From Adineta vaga (Eukaryota; Animalia; Rotifera), in the NCBI GenBank assembly GCA_021613535.1, contig CP075494.1:10292001-10356000 (forward strand): DNA of 64,000 nucleotides, in the 5' to 3' direction. The notes beneath the pieces were generated by a model, which made no database searches, was not told where the DNA came from, and saw only the letters and a list, made by a program, of their open reading frames with translations. This document shows, one piece after another, positions 1-15,857 of this stretch (position 1 is its first letter; each line of letters opens with the position of its first letter). The translations under genes were made by a program, and so were the position numbers.

Positions 1-34
1 TTAATAAAATAAAATTTATCTCTACTTTATTTAG

Positions 35-822
<788 letters not shown>

Positions 823-985
823 TTTTTACTTTTTAATCCTACTATTCTTCTATATTCATATATTTATGTGTTTGTCTATTGAACATTTTTCAAAAAAAAA
901 AACATTCCTATCCGGTGTTATATCTTCCGTCTAATGCACGAAAAAAAAATCATTTCCTTTTTTTTCTTCTAAATAACCATTTTAG

Positions 986-2790
986 ATGAAGTTCATTTCT
1001 TTATTAATCTTATTATTAATCTGCTTAGTGACATTGATTTCTGCTGGGTAGGTTATAATCAAGAGAAATCTTTTGAGATATAAATATGTATATTTATATT
1101 TAGTCGAGATTTTTATAAAATTTTAAATCTACCGAAATCAGCAACATTAAATCAAATAAAGAAATCTTATCGAAAATTAGCAAAAGAATTACATCCTGAT
1201 AAGAATAAAAATGATCCCAAAGCACAAGAACGTTTCCAAGATCTAGGCGCTGCTTATGAAGTAAAATTCTCAACGATATAAATCCTAATTAATTCATATA
1301 ATCAACATGCTTTCTTTTTCTTTCAGGCACTATCAGATTCTGATAAACGAAAAATTTATGATAAACATGGTGAAGACGGTTTAAAACAACAGGGTGGTGG
1401 TGATTCATTTCATGACCCATTTTCAAGGTTAACAACAGACATATTTATTAAGAAATATACATATATTTTTTATTTCGATTTTTTTTTAGTTTTTTTGGAG
1501 ATTTCTTTCATTTTGGAGGAGGATCAAGAGATGACGGACATAATCATGTGCCACGTGGTGGAGATTTAGTTACTGATCTATATGTGTCACTTGAAGAAGT
1601 TTATAACGGAAATTTTATTGAAGTAAATAAGAAAATTTTTTAGGTTTTGTCTATTTGAATGAAATAAATGTCTAGGTTGTTCGAGCTAAACCAGTAGCAA
1701 AACAAACTAGTGGTTCAAGAAAATGTAATTGTCGAATGGAAATGCGAACAACTCAAATGGGTCCAGGAAGGGTAAGAGATAATAGTTTTACTTCTATTGA
1801 AAATAGATTTACAAATATCTGGTTCAAATATTATCCGAAATGTCATACATATGACCTTGTCTCACAAAGCTCCTATGTGGAAATTCATACTGACAGTCAC
1901 GAAGGTGGAAGTAGTCACATACTGTGTTCCTGTGTTAATAGTATTCGATTTCCTACCATATATCATGGAAATATATCTATTTTAGTTTCAAATGATGCAA
2001 GAACAAGTTTGTGATGAATGTCCAAATATCAAGTAAAAATGAAAACTTAAGTTCAGGACTTTTTATTGGACAATCTCTGTCTTTCTTCTATAGATTTGTG
2101 ATAGAAGAAAAAGTATTAGAAATTGAAGTTGAAGCAGGTGTTGCCGATGGACATGAAATTCCATTCCTTGCTGAAGGTTTGTCCTAACTATTGTCAATAT
2201 ATAGAATATTTCCATTGGTTTATTCAGGAGAACCGCACATGGAAGGTGAACCAGGAGATTTAAAATTTATTATTCGTATTCAAAAGTAAATCGAATCAAA
2301 TTTGAATGCTTTAGTAGTTTCCTTTGCTAATGAATATTCTTTTTGTAGACATTCACTATTTGAACGTAAAAAGAACGATCTCTATACAAACTTAACTATA
2401 ACTCTTCAAGATGCATTAAATGGGTTTAATTTAACAATTCCGCATCTTGATGGTCATAAAGTAAGATAAGAAGGATTGAAATAGGTCACTAATTTGTATC
2501 TATAGGTAACAATCAATCGTGAAAAAATTACGTGGCCCGGTGCTCGTATCAAAAAGAAAGGTGAAGGTTTGCCACAATATGATCAAAATAATATTTTCGG
2601 TGATCTTTATGTAACTATCGATGTTGACTTTCCAAAAACAGAACTTAATAATGAACAACGTGAAAGTAATAAAACAGAAGCAACTAATGAATTTCGTACT
2701 AATTCGAGAATTAATTCTTTTTCTTTATTTTTAGTCGTGAAAACTTTATTAAATCAACAATCAAAACATCGATTGTATAATGGTTTATAA
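986..2790 (+). CDS. DNAJB11: ER DnaJ co-chaperone ERdj3, multi-exon
   Basis: Signal peptide [21 protein letters not shown]; J domain RDFYKIL...[23 protein letters not shown]; [32 protein letters not shown]; C-terminus LYNGL. Confidence 0.93.
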
Positions 2791-3292
2791 ACTGTTAACT
2801 CGTAGTGTTTTGTTTAGGTTAATATATTAAAAAAAAAACAATTTCTTTTTAACTACAAATGCTGAATATGTGATGTATTGCTCCCACTTTTTTTTCTGAT
2901 CTGATAAAATCCATTTGTCTGTCATACGTTTAAATTATAAAAGAAAAACGACTTTATTGACATTTTTTTCTATTCTTAACAGCAAGAAATCTTTCATAGA
3001 TACTCGTCTATCAAGCATCAAGAGATTTCTAATTTCCACTTGTGAAGAATCGGAAACGCTTTTCTTGCTTATAGTTTAATTGCATGATACAAATTTGTTT
3101 TTCTAACTTAGGTATCTTCTCAATGACTATCTTTCGAAGAAATCACTATTAGGTAATTCATTGAATAGGTCAATCAAATTGTATTCAGTGTTTTTCAATT
3201 TATTTTTATCCACAGTACGCAATGAAGAAAAACAAGAAAAAGAAGAAGATGAAGAAGAAGAAGAAGAAGGATGAAAATGAAAACTAATGCGT

Positions 3293-4130
3293 TTATGCTT
3301 GTTTGTCTAGACCCATTAAATGTTGAATATAAGATTCCCAACTTGTCTGAGCTAATTTTAAATCATTACAAAGATTAGCATATTTTTCACGTGTATCAAT
3401 AACAAATTTCACAGCAAGTTCACCTTTGTCGACATATGTTTGCATGATGGGATCATCTTTCAATGAAAACTAAAGAAAACTCAAATAGAATCTTTCAACA
3501 ATCGATCTTTGTTCTACTTACACCTTCTAATTCCGATCGTGCCTTGGATACAAATTGTTTGATACCGTCGATATCGACAGGAAATTTTGTTTTTTGACTA
3601 TGATATAGAAAATAGAAGAGAATGGAAGCTGTTGATATCAGCCGATGAATTTCATCAGAAACTACAAGAAGAAGAAAAAAACAAACTTGCAGATATAACA
3701 TATTTGAATATTTACCTGATGAATCCAAACCTTTCTCTTTCAATTCCTGTTTGATTTGTTCAAAATCCACATTGAATAATTCGCCGAAAGTTTCTGTTGC
3801 TGGATATGATCCATCCTTTATTAAAAGAAAAAGAAAATAAAACGAAAATGTTTTTATTCGAAAAAAACATTCAAATTTTTCTTTTTCTTCTTCTTACACT
3901 ATTTTGTTGATGAAAAATTTCATTGACGAGTGAATCACTTAAGGGTGTTTCAATGATTGATCGTAATGGTGTGTCTAATGACGAATAAATTAAAAATAAA
4001 ATTTACTTACAAAATAATTCATTTACCTTTTGTATTAGTTGAAGCAGATTCGATTGTTTTTTCCTAATCAAAGATATCAACTTAATTCTTCTGTGTTAGA
4101 AGAAATACTTACTGCTTCGTTGCTTGTCAT
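3293..4130 (-). CDS. Hypothetical multi-exon protein of roughly 190 aa, no recognised domain
   Basis: Exons joined by GT-AG introns give an open frame MTSNEA|EKTIESASTNTK|DTPLRSIIETPLSDS...|DGSYPATETFGELFNVDFEQIKQELKEKG...|...SWESYIQHLMGLDKQA*. Confidence 0.65.
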
Positions 4131-5045
4131 TGTATTAGTTCACTTTAACAAATGATGGCAGACTGGTAGGGGCAGAATAAGGCACGTCAAGCGAAATGAG
4201 GCTCTACGCTTTCTCTTTTTTTTCCTTTTAGACACATATTGCTCCCTTCGCTCATTCATATTTTCTTCTTTTTTTCTTCTTATTTGCCGGTCAAATAACA
4301 ACCGCCGACAGTGGAGCAGCTTTCGCCGCCTTTTTTCATATATAGCAGATCCACATACAAAAAAAAGGGAGAATTAGTCAACTTTTTTTCCTTTTTCCTC
4401 TCAATTCTCTCCGTCTTCGCTGCACACAAACATACACACATACACTTTGCTTTAAATTGTCAAATATATAGAGAATATCATTCTTATTGAATGTTGGAAA
4501 TATGCTACAGTAATCATCCTCGTTGACTCGAATAATTTTATGTTTATTTCCTTTGGTTTTCTTCTTGCGAAATCAGAGACAAAAAAAAAAGCGAGCTGTA
4601 AAAAGAAAGTTTACACACAAATTTTTCAAGAAAAAGCTAACAATAAAAATCCAAAGAAGAATATTTCTCTCGTCCATCTTTTCTCTTCGCTGATGTACAG
4701 ACGATAAGATATTGTTCGTAAATATATTACTTCTTAATGGTAATTTCAAAGTGTTCCGATGGATCTTTCGCTGAGAAATTGAAACAAAAAAAAGAACAAA
4801 AAAAAAAGAGTTGTAATATGCTAGAGTATATTTGGATGAGAAAAGTCACATTTGCTGTTTTGTTTGTTGGTTTGTTTGTGTGTGTGAGTAGTTTTTGAAA
4901 AGAAAGAGCGCAGAATAAAATAAAGAAACAAGATAGAAAGAAGAGAAAACAAATAGCACACACACACACGTACAACAACGAAATAAAGAAAAAAGACGAA
5001 ATTATGTAATTAATAATGATGAATGATATTTTATATACGGTCTAT

Positions 5046-5788
<743 letters not shown>

Positions 5789-6427
5789 CTAAACCCTTCC
5801 GAAATAAAACAAATCTACAAAAAACAAATAACATAAGTGATGATGATTATTTTGATGAAGTCGAATAAATAAGCAAAATGCACCTTGACTCTTCGTTAAA
5901 CGATGATGAGAATGATTCGATCGAGTCTAAATTCTACTAGATGTCGCTAAATTCATATGAAAAAAGAAGAAATTTTTATCGAAGTTAAATCGAACTTATC
6001 ATTGAAATAAAAGTGAATCTTGAGATATTTATTTTTATAAATAATAAACAAAGTACCATGATCCCTGTTCATCTGTCCCTCATGAACCAATCATTTTGAA
6101 ATGTAGAACGAAGAGAAGACAAGAAGAGAGAAAAACGCATACATACACAAAGAAGAAAAAAAAGAAAGAACGAACGAGAAAATGAGTATTAGTGTGTGTG
6201 TGGCAATTGCTTCTTCTTAAAGGAAAGAACATCCAAGCACAAGCAGCTTTTTTCTTCCTTGTTGCAGATCGTCGGGAATAAAACGTCATCCGTCGGCAGA
6301 ATAACACCAACATCTGACGAGTTTGATTGAGGGAGAAAGTTTTGTTGTGTGTTTATGTTTTTTTTGTTGTTTGAAACAAAAAAAGAAAACCACGCGTTTA
6401 TTGTCTGTTTGCGGTTTAACTCTCTCA

Positions 6428-7664
6428 ATGGCTGAAGGAGGTCAGAATATGTCATTACCTAATGTTGACAGCGATCAAATATATCAGTCAGAACAACAAG
6501 GTTTGTCCATGAAATAAATAAATGTATATATAATGATTTTATTTTGTATTCTAGGTGGTGCATCACTAAATGAAGAAGAACTAGCAAGTAAAACACTTTA
6601 TATTCAATCAAAACGATTCTATTTGGATGTTAAACAAAATCGTCGTGGACGATTTCTAAAAATTGCTGAAGTAAACATCAATTTCTATCATCTTATTTGT
6701 CATATAGATCATTGTCATTTATTTTTAGGTTAGTTCGGGTGGTCGTAAAAATCGTATATTAATGTCGATGAGTGCTGCCAGTGAACTACGTGATCGTTTA
6801 CAAACATTTGATGAACAGATTCATATATTAGGTAAAATTTAAACAAAAACGTTTCAATTCATATATTTTACTTTTCTATTCAAGGTGAACAATCTCTCGA
6901 TAATGATGAACAACTTCGATCAGCTATTATATCCCGTGATGATCGAAAATATTACTTAGATTTACGAGAAAATCAACGTGGAAAATTTCTACGTATTTCT
7001 ATGGTCAGTATTAATACACCTCGTGCACAAATTGCAATACCTGCACAAGGAATACAACAAGTGAAAGAAACTCTAATGCAATTAATTGAAGAATTTGGCA
7101 ATGAAGATGATCGGGGTATGATTCAAAGATAAATAAGTTTTTTAATCATTCTTTGCTCTTCTAGATAGTATTGAAACACCACCTGCAATCGGTAAGTGTA
7201 AAGTTTTTACGAATGAAATTATAATTTGCAGTATAAACGACTCATAATATGAATAGTGTCAATATCTCTATTGAAAGAATTTTACTCTTTGTTTTCGAAT
7301 CAGATTCGAGTTCACTGATATCTCATGCTTTTATTTCTCTTTTTTTTAGAACCGAGTGAATTACCTGCTAGTAAAAATCTTCGTGTTGGTAATAAGAATT
7401 TTTATTTTGATATTGGTTCAAATAATCGTGGTATATTCTTACGTATATCCGAAGTAAGTACAAAGTATTTCTATGCATTTTCAATCTGTTTTGATTAATT
7501 TTAAGGTTCGTCCTAATTCTCGTACAACAATCACCATTCCCGAAAAGGTTTGGTCTCGTTTTCGAGATGATCTAACTGAATTAATTGTTACAATGGATGA
7601 TAAACGTAATAGCTCTCGCACAAATCCTGGTGAAGAATCATCTATTCCGCCAAGCGGAAATTAA
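6428..7664 (+). CDS. PURA: Transcriptional activator Pur-alpha/beta
   Basis: Three PUR repeats: [32 protein letters not shown]; [18 protein letters not shown]; [31 protein letters not shown]. Confidence 0.93.
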
Positions 7665-8110
7665 TGTATTCGTTCTAATCTTTAGTCTTGTAGTTTTGTT
7701 TTAAACATAATCATCATTTAATGAATATTGCTTTTCATAATTTTTAAAATGTTCTTCCTAGTTTTCTTTTCACCGGTGTTCTTTGCTTCTATATATGTAG
7801 AATGGAAGGTCTTTCGTATCGTATAGTAACTCATCTTCTTGTCTTGTATTTTATTTTTTGACGAAACCAAAATCTTGTTTGTTGTGCGTGTGTGTATTCT
7901 TTCTCTCTCTCTCTCTGTCTCTTGCTTCTATAGAATAGTCATTGTAACGTGGGAAAGATGAATAATCTTTTACATTAGATTCGGTGTCTTGCATATTTTT
8001 ATTCCAAAGAAAAAAACAAACCAAAATCAATATTTCAAATCTAAATGTCATATTAATGAATCTGTTTTATCTTTAGATATGATTTATTAATTTTTCTGTG
8101 AATTTTCTCG

Positions 8111-11100
8111 ATGCCGTTATTTGGAAGACGATTATTTCAAATTAATGAAAAAGATATAGAAGATGGAAGCGAAGAAATTCATACAATCGAACATACAGAT
8201 GAAAAATATCATAGTAAAAGTTTGTATGATAAATTACAGAAAATCTATCAATTGGAACGATGGACTTGTGAATGTACATGGAGAGCTGGTTTAACTCATA
8301 AAGAAGCATATCAATCAGAAAATGATATACGAAAAACACTATCAACCATTGTACCTGCCTATTTTAATAAACCAATTTTCGAGATTATCTATCATAGTAA
8401 GTGGATTGATCTTTTATAACATATGTTAATGGAAGGTGATGTTTTTCTTTCTTTTAGGTGTAAAACCATTGGAAAAATTAGCTGAAGAAGTATCGATTAT
8501 ACTTGGGTAAGATTTATTAGATTTCAAAGTGATTATCGTGTGCCCTTTTTTTTAGTCAAAGTTTTGTTATTGATGAACCAATTCAATTTAAAAAGAAAAA
8601 AGACAATACAACGTAAGTTATTAAATTTAACTTTTTTGTATTTTTCTAAATAAATTTTTATTCAGTATCAAAGGTATTATCGAACGAATTGAAGATAATG
8701 AAGATCCAAAGAAACGATCATCAGAACGATCATCTGTTCAAGCAAAACCACCTTCGGATAAAGTATTACAAATCATAATTCTCTCTATTTCTAAAACATT
8801 CATTTTTCTTTCTTGTGATCTAAATTAGCAAATGAAAAATGTCAAATATTCTGTACGATTAGTAGATGAAGATCGTGTTATGCCTAATGTTCTTCCAACT
8901 GAATTACAGTATGTACAAGAAATTGTTTCGAAAAAGAATTTCATTTTTTGATTCTTCAGACGATGTACATTTATACCAAATCGTGAAAAATTAAAAACAT
9001 TCATTCGTTCCTATGCAATTCGTCTTGGTAATCGAATTGATAGTCCATGGATATTCTACGATCCAACAAATAAAGATAAATATGAATTAAAAGATCGAAT
9101 TGCAGCAGATATTATTGAAAAATTTAAAAAATCAACACTGGTCACACTCGATGTAAGTGCCGATTGAAGATGATGAGATAAAATATTTGATTTTGTTTTT
9201 CTTAGGAAATTCTTCGAGAACAAGAAAGAATTGCGCGAAAACAAGCTGAAGAACAAGCTGCAGCGCTTGCTGAAGATAAGAAATCGAAAGAGATTAATAA
9301 CAATAGTAAGCGACAGCAGCAGTGCAATGAACGAGTAGAAAATAATTTATATTTAAAAATTTTAGCTTCAATTCCAAATGGTCATTCCGATGATATTCAA
9401 ATAATCTTTTCTGATGATGAAAAAAATTCGAAAACATCTCCAAAATCTAAAGTCAAAACACCTACGGTGAAGAAATCTCCATCTTCAACTAGACAAAAGA
9501 AAACTCCTAGTAAAGGAAATAAACAATTAACATTAGACGATATGAAATTTACGAAAAATTCTCCTAATCATAATGAATTATTAGAAAAAACTTCAGTTAA
9601 AACATATGATGTCGTCATTCCATATTCACTCTTACAGAAACTTGATAAGACTCGTCGTGAACGTGGTATTGATTCGAGATATTTTCATCGTTTAATTCTT
9701 CATTGTGCTCGAACATTAAATGATAAACAACGTTTACGTTTACCTGATGAATATCGATCATTAATTCAAGTTAAATACGATGAATTAGAATTCAAAAGAC
9801 GTTTATCACAAATGACAGATGAAGAAAAGAAATTATTTCTTCAAACCAAACGTTTAGAACAAAAACCTATTGAAGATTTTGATTGTACTTTTCTCAAAGA
9901 TTTACCAAGTCCGAAACAATTACAAACAACATTAGATATTTCATCAAATTCAATTGGAGATCTTCTAATGATTTCAACATTTTTAACATCATGTCATTCG
10001 TTATTCTATTTATCATTAGATGATCAAATATCTAAAAGTACACAAGTTTATTTACGTTCATTTAAACTTGATTTCTTACTTCAAACATCAACAAATTTAT
10101 TTACGAATTATTTTCTTGAAATTTTACAAATTCTTATGAAATTATTATTCAAAGAAGATGAAAATCGTTCGAATGATAGTGATAATCAAGATGATAATGA
10201 TGATGAAGAAGAAAATGAAAATAATGAAAAAGAACAGAAAATAAAAGATCATAATAAAGACAAAAATAGCAAGAATCTCAATGATAATAATAATAATGAA
10301 CGAATGGATATTGAAGAAGTATATTCCATTCAATTATCAGATATTCCATTAACATCGTATACATGTCAAGAATTAACTCGATTGTATTTATTGAAAGAAA
10401 AAGATGAAAATAATCAGATGATTTTAGATAAATTAGCAAATTGTGAAACAAAAGATTTACAAATTTCACATCAAGTAAGTTTACAAATCTTATTAATCAG
10501 ATAGGAAATCCGCAAACAACTATGATTGGATTATTATTGAAAAATACATGAGAAATTTATTGTCTTTAGATTGATCTTCTCGTCCTATTGGTTAATACGA
10601 TTACAACCGATAATGAATTAATGGCTGATTATTTTGAACATTTAACTCGTATTTTATCAGAAGCATCTCGTGAACGTAATCAATTATTATCTGAACGTCG
10701 TAAAGCTCAAGAAGAAGAAAGTAAACAAAAGAAATTACAATTACAAAATGGTGACAATGAAAAGATGTCTACGAAAAAACAAACTAAAGTTGGACCATTA
10801 ATTCCAACGAAATCGAGTAATGGAACAACAAATGATGAAAATCAACAGACGACACCAATGATAGTCGATGAAAATGATGATATTGATAATGATAATGATG
10901 ATGATTTGAAGACAGTTTTACAACGACGAAGACAAATGGTTGCTTTATCAAAAGAATTAAAAGAAAAACGAGAAATTGAAGCACAAAAATTACAAATTAA
11001 ACAAAAACGACAATATGCTATTCAAAAAGCTGAACAAATTTATCAAGTAAGTGTTAATATTTATGTATAAGAGATTCAAAAAATGTTAAATATTCTTTTA

Positions 11101-12806
11101 GGAAGCATTACTTAATCTTCAATATGGTTTTCGAATCAAACCATTAGGTTATGATCGTAATTATAATCGATATTGGTTTTTCCGTGGTTTTCCAGGTGTT
11201 TTTGTTGAAAAAGGTAAAATATGAACATGACTATAGTCAAATATCTTATTGTATATTCTTTACTTTTTTTATAGGATGGATTGGTCATAATGTTAATTAT
11301 TCCGTTGAATCATCATCAGAAGAAGAACCAATTTCATTTATAAGTAGTGAAAAAATAATCCCTAATGATGAATTAAATCAATGGTTTGTATACGATGATG
11401 AAAATCTTATTCAACAATTATTACAATCATTGAATGATCGTGGTATTCGTGAACATAATTTATCAGTTAATTTGAAGAAAGCAATGCCACTCATACATAC
11501 AGAATTTGAACAAATCAAAAAATCAAAAAATTCTTTCGATCAACAAGATGAAAATGCTGACTCATCATCAGATATAATTAGTTCATTTAAAACTGAACTG
11601 GAAGATATTGAATCACGTTTACGTCTTGGTTCATTAGGTGGTTTTATTATTAATGACAATCTTCTTGAATGGCAAAATAAATTGAAACAAGCAACTGAAC
11701 GTATGGAACTTGCCGAAGTACTTATACAATTACAACAGACAGTGGCAGAAAAATATGCATCAGGTATATTCAATACTTCCGATAAGAAATCTCTTCAAAT
11801 CTGGTTCACTGATTGTCGAACATGTAAAACATACTCACGCTTATATGTTCTAATGTTAATGTTCGAAAATTCAATCACATGGAATAAATCAATTGTTGGA
11901 TTGAAATGTAAAATATGTCGAAAGAAACAAAAAGATGAATCCATTATTGTTTGTGATCAATGTTGTTACGGTTATCATCCCGATTGTTTACGTGGTTGTA
12001 ATGATTCAAATCTTAAAAATGCAACAAATGATCTATGGTTTTGTCCAGCATGTCGACCTTCGACAAAACGACGTGTTCGAGTAGATAAGAAAGTTGATTA
12101 TCAAGAAAATGATATGTATGATAATATGGATGTTCAAACAAATTCAAGTAGTAATGATAGTAATAGTAGTGATGAACAAATGTCAAATTCCGATGGAAAT
12201 AATGAAGATGATGTTTGTCATATATGTGGCGGTGAAAATGAGTTAATCCAATGTACACAATGTCAACTATGTTATCATTGTCATTGTCATGAACCACCAT
12301 TACGATGTGCACCACGATCAACAACATGGCTATGTAATAAATGTCGAAATGGAATTCCTAATGAAACAAATAATCGATCAAAATCATCAAAACAAATGAA
12401 AAAGACAAAGCAGAAGAATTCAACGAAAAAACAAAATAAAATAAATCGAAGTAAGAATTTGTTTTCAGTCATTGTCTCATATTTCTAATATTCATACTCT
12501 TTCAATTGATTCATTTTAGATACACGTAAAAATTATCGTGAAGTTGATGAAGAAGAAAGTGATGAGGAAGAAAAAACTAGTGGTAAACGACGATCCAAAC
12601 GATTACGTCGTTCAGATCCATCTCCAATGAAAAAAAATGAAAACAATCAACGTAAAAATCAACGAGCTCGTATAGTAAAATCCATTTCATCATCCTCATC
12701 ATCTGCATCATCAGATGACGACGATCCAATGACAAATAATCATAATGATGAATCTGATTCCGAAGAGAATGAAAATCTTACTAGTGATTCACCGTCCTCC
12801 AACTAG
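8111..12806 (+). CDS. BAZ1: BAZ1/ACF1/WSTF-family chromatin remodelling subunit (WAC, DDT-like, WHIM/WSD, two PHD fingers)
   Basis: N-terminal MPLFGRRLF...WTCECTWRAGLTHKEAYQSE (WAC); IGDLLMISTFL (DDT); PLGYDRNYNRYWFF and LLQSLNDRGIRE (WHIM); CKIC..CDQC..H..C..WFCPAC and a second PHD; stop TAG at 12804-12806. Confidence 0.85.
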
Positions 12807-13344
12807 TCAAATTTCTACTAATTCTCATACATCTCAAATTGTATATACATATAATAATCATAGGACAAGTCAAATGTTTTGTTTCCATGTAAATATTATA
12901 TGTGTTTCGTATATCTACCTATCTATATATCTATAGTCAATCTCGATGTTTGTATCTACTAAAGCATTATCTTAACCGGTTGTATATTAAAATCCAGCAA
13001 GAATTAAGAGAAAAAAAATTATGTGCGAATCGTTGTGTTTAATGACACGAATTTCGATTCATTTGTGTTTACTTTATAAGAAAAATCTCTAACAGATTCC
13101 TTTCTTTCTCATTTGTACTTGTGTGTTTGTTTATTTTCTTTTCCTTTTTTTTTCGTTTTGTATCTTGGTATAAAACTCTATTTTTGTACGTCATTCTAGG
13201 CGATATCTAATTGTATGATCGATGTTTATGTGTTGACAAAAAAATTAAATAAAATTCTTGAACTATTTTGATATAATGAATTTATTTTTGTTAGCTATAT
13301 GTATATTAAACTTAGAAAACAAAGTTCAAATACTCATCGATTAT

Positions 13345-14113
13345 TTAGGGAAAGATTTTTTGAAAAAAATCAGTAATCATTGTTGGAACTCTGGATGAAT
13401 ATGGTTTAGCATCTGATTCTATCATTGTTAGACTAATCACACCACAAGCGATACGAGCACCAGCATTTCTTCGAAAGAAAAAGAATTAAAAGAATGATTA
13501 TTTAATGATGAAAAAAAAACAATACCCTGTTGTATTACTATCAGGAAAACCACCTTTGCCACCATCATCTCGAATTGCATGTAAAACAACAGTTCGATTA
13601 GCAATTGATCGTGTAGCATTGTATAAATCAATAATGGAATCTGTTATCTCAACAATAATTATACCATTTTCATTAGCTGTTAGATTACCAAGATCACCAA
13701 TATGTCGATTTTTTATATCGGCTTCTCTTGGTCCATGTAATGTATCTAAATCAATAGGATTTTTTTCGAATTATAATACACTTTCGCTTTACTATATGGA
13801 TTTAAATGAGGACCAGCAGCAGTACAATTGAGTTCACCATTCATTAATGGATCTCTATGAACATGAAAACCCTGAAAACTAACATTAGATTTATCTCATT
13901 TTCGTATATGAAACTTACGTGAACAGTATTACTCTTAAGACCATCTATAATACCAACAATACGAACTGGAGATGTTGGATCACGTTGATGAAATAGGAGT
14001 GTACCAATTCCAACTGCAGCAGAATCAACATGAAGATTAGCTGTAGCAACTAATGAACATTGTCGATTATGAACAAGTAATAAAAGACAAAGTGTAACGA
14101 GTAATATTTTCAT
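13345..14113 (-). CDS. Secreted Cu/Zn superoxide dismutase, copy 1 (4 exons)
   Basis: Signal peptide MKILLVTLCLLLLV; GFHVH, AAGPHLNP, LHGP, RHIGDLGN, VVLHAIRDD, GNAGARIACG. Confidence 0.92.
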
Positions 14114-15100
14114 TTTTAAACCAAAGAAATGTTTGTCTAGTTCGATATAGTCCAAATAGTTATATTTAAACAAGGACAAGCTTATCAGTATGATGTTCTA
14201 TTAAAATTTACAGGGGTGCCGTTTTTATCTCGAATTCATAAGATACAACTCGATTCAAAGATTCTCGAATGTTTTAGTAGAATTTCATATGAATTAGAAG
14301 ATACGATGTGGAAAATAATTTTAACTTTATAGTTATCATAGGTTTTGAATTACTATATCTAGCGATCTTGATATACGCATCTGTGTTTATATGATGCTTT
14401 TTTCGACTATAATTAAAGTTTATTGCATGCCATATCTCGTAAATAAAAACCCTCGCCCTTACTCTACTAATGAAAAACTTAATTTTGCTGGTAGAACTGA
14501 TAATGATGTGGAAAATTCACTCTTAAAATAGTGTTTGACTTGTATGCAAAGTTATGGGATGGGACAAAACCAAATTCATCGTATTCCACGAGGAACTCTG
14601 GATACAACTCTGATAATGCTTTCAATAGACCAACATTTTTTTTTATCTCAACAAGATATACGAACGAATAGTAGCAAAAAGATAATCTATGTAATGAAAA
14701 ACAGATAAATAACATTCAATTGTAAATGGTTTGTCATTTTGTATCATTTCGCTAATTTTCTTTTTATTTATTCTGAAATTATAGTGTGTCGTTTACTCAC
14801 AACTTCTCTTTTGTTCAATTATTCATTAATTTTATGACAATAGAAAAGATTAGATTTGCTCATATTTTATACATCACTGCTATATTACGAAAACACGCAA
14901 TATAAAAATATTTTCAAAATAAGATGAAACTACATAAAAGCATCACAGCACAACTACTTATTGTATGAATATATATATATATAAATTGAAGTAAACAGAA
15001 TAATTTGAATTACACTGAAAATATGAGATATTGTCAAGAATGAAACAGCAAGATTATAATAAATAAATTGTTCATGTAGAAAGTAAGAATCATCATATTC

Positions 15101-15857
15101 TTAAAATAGTTCTACGAAGAGAACAGTCAAAACATTAAATAGAACAAATATAGTTGGTTCTATATCCATAGCAGCTGATTTGATCAAACCACAAAGAACT
15201 CGAGCACCAGCATTTCTATTTAAACAATAGATAGATTCAGTCTTATAAACATATTTTATTATACCCTGTTGTAGTACTATCAGATGCTCCACTTTGACCA
15301 GCATCATCACGCATACGATGAACAACTACCGTTCGATTCATGATTGATTGTGTAGCATTATATAACTGAATAATTCCATCTTCCATATCGGTCGTAACTT
15401 TACCAGAAGAATCAGTTGTTAGATTTCCAAGATCACCAACATGTCGAGTTGCTAAACTACCTGTTTTTGGCCCATGAGTAACATCTATGAAAGCAAAAAG
15501 AAAATATTCATGTACGATCAAAACTATAGTTGTAACAAACTGTATGGATTAAAATGACCACCAGCAGCGGTACAATTTGGTGAACCATCTGATACTGGAG
15601 AAACATGAACATGAAAACCCTAAAACCTTACATATATTTCATGTGATTTCATGTTTTATACTTACATGTGCACTGCTAATGTTAAGACCTGAAAGTGATA
15701 CAGCAATACGAACAGGTGAATTAGCATCCTCTTGAGTGAATGTCACAGTTCCAAAGGATGTTGGTGAATTATCCCCATAAAGAACAGCTATAGCTTGCAT
15801 AGAACATTGTCCTTGATGAAGCATCAGAAATATAGTGCAAATAATTAATTTGAACAT
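15101..15857 (-). CDS. Secreted Cu/Zn superoxide dismutase, copy 2, with hydrophobic C-terminal tail (4 exons)
   Basis: Signal peptide MFKLIICTIFLMLHQGQC; GFHVH, AAGGHFNP, THGP, RHVGDLGN, VVHRMRDD, NAGARVLCG; tail SAAMDIEPTIFVLFNVLTVLFVELF*. Confidence 0.92.

Noticed and set aside
14209-14236. TACAGGGGTGCC, resembling the start of a Tc1/mariner TIR
   Set aside because: No partner TIR found nearby
14479-14715. 78-aa minus-strand ORF between the SODs
   Set aside because: No recognisable motif or convincing exon structure
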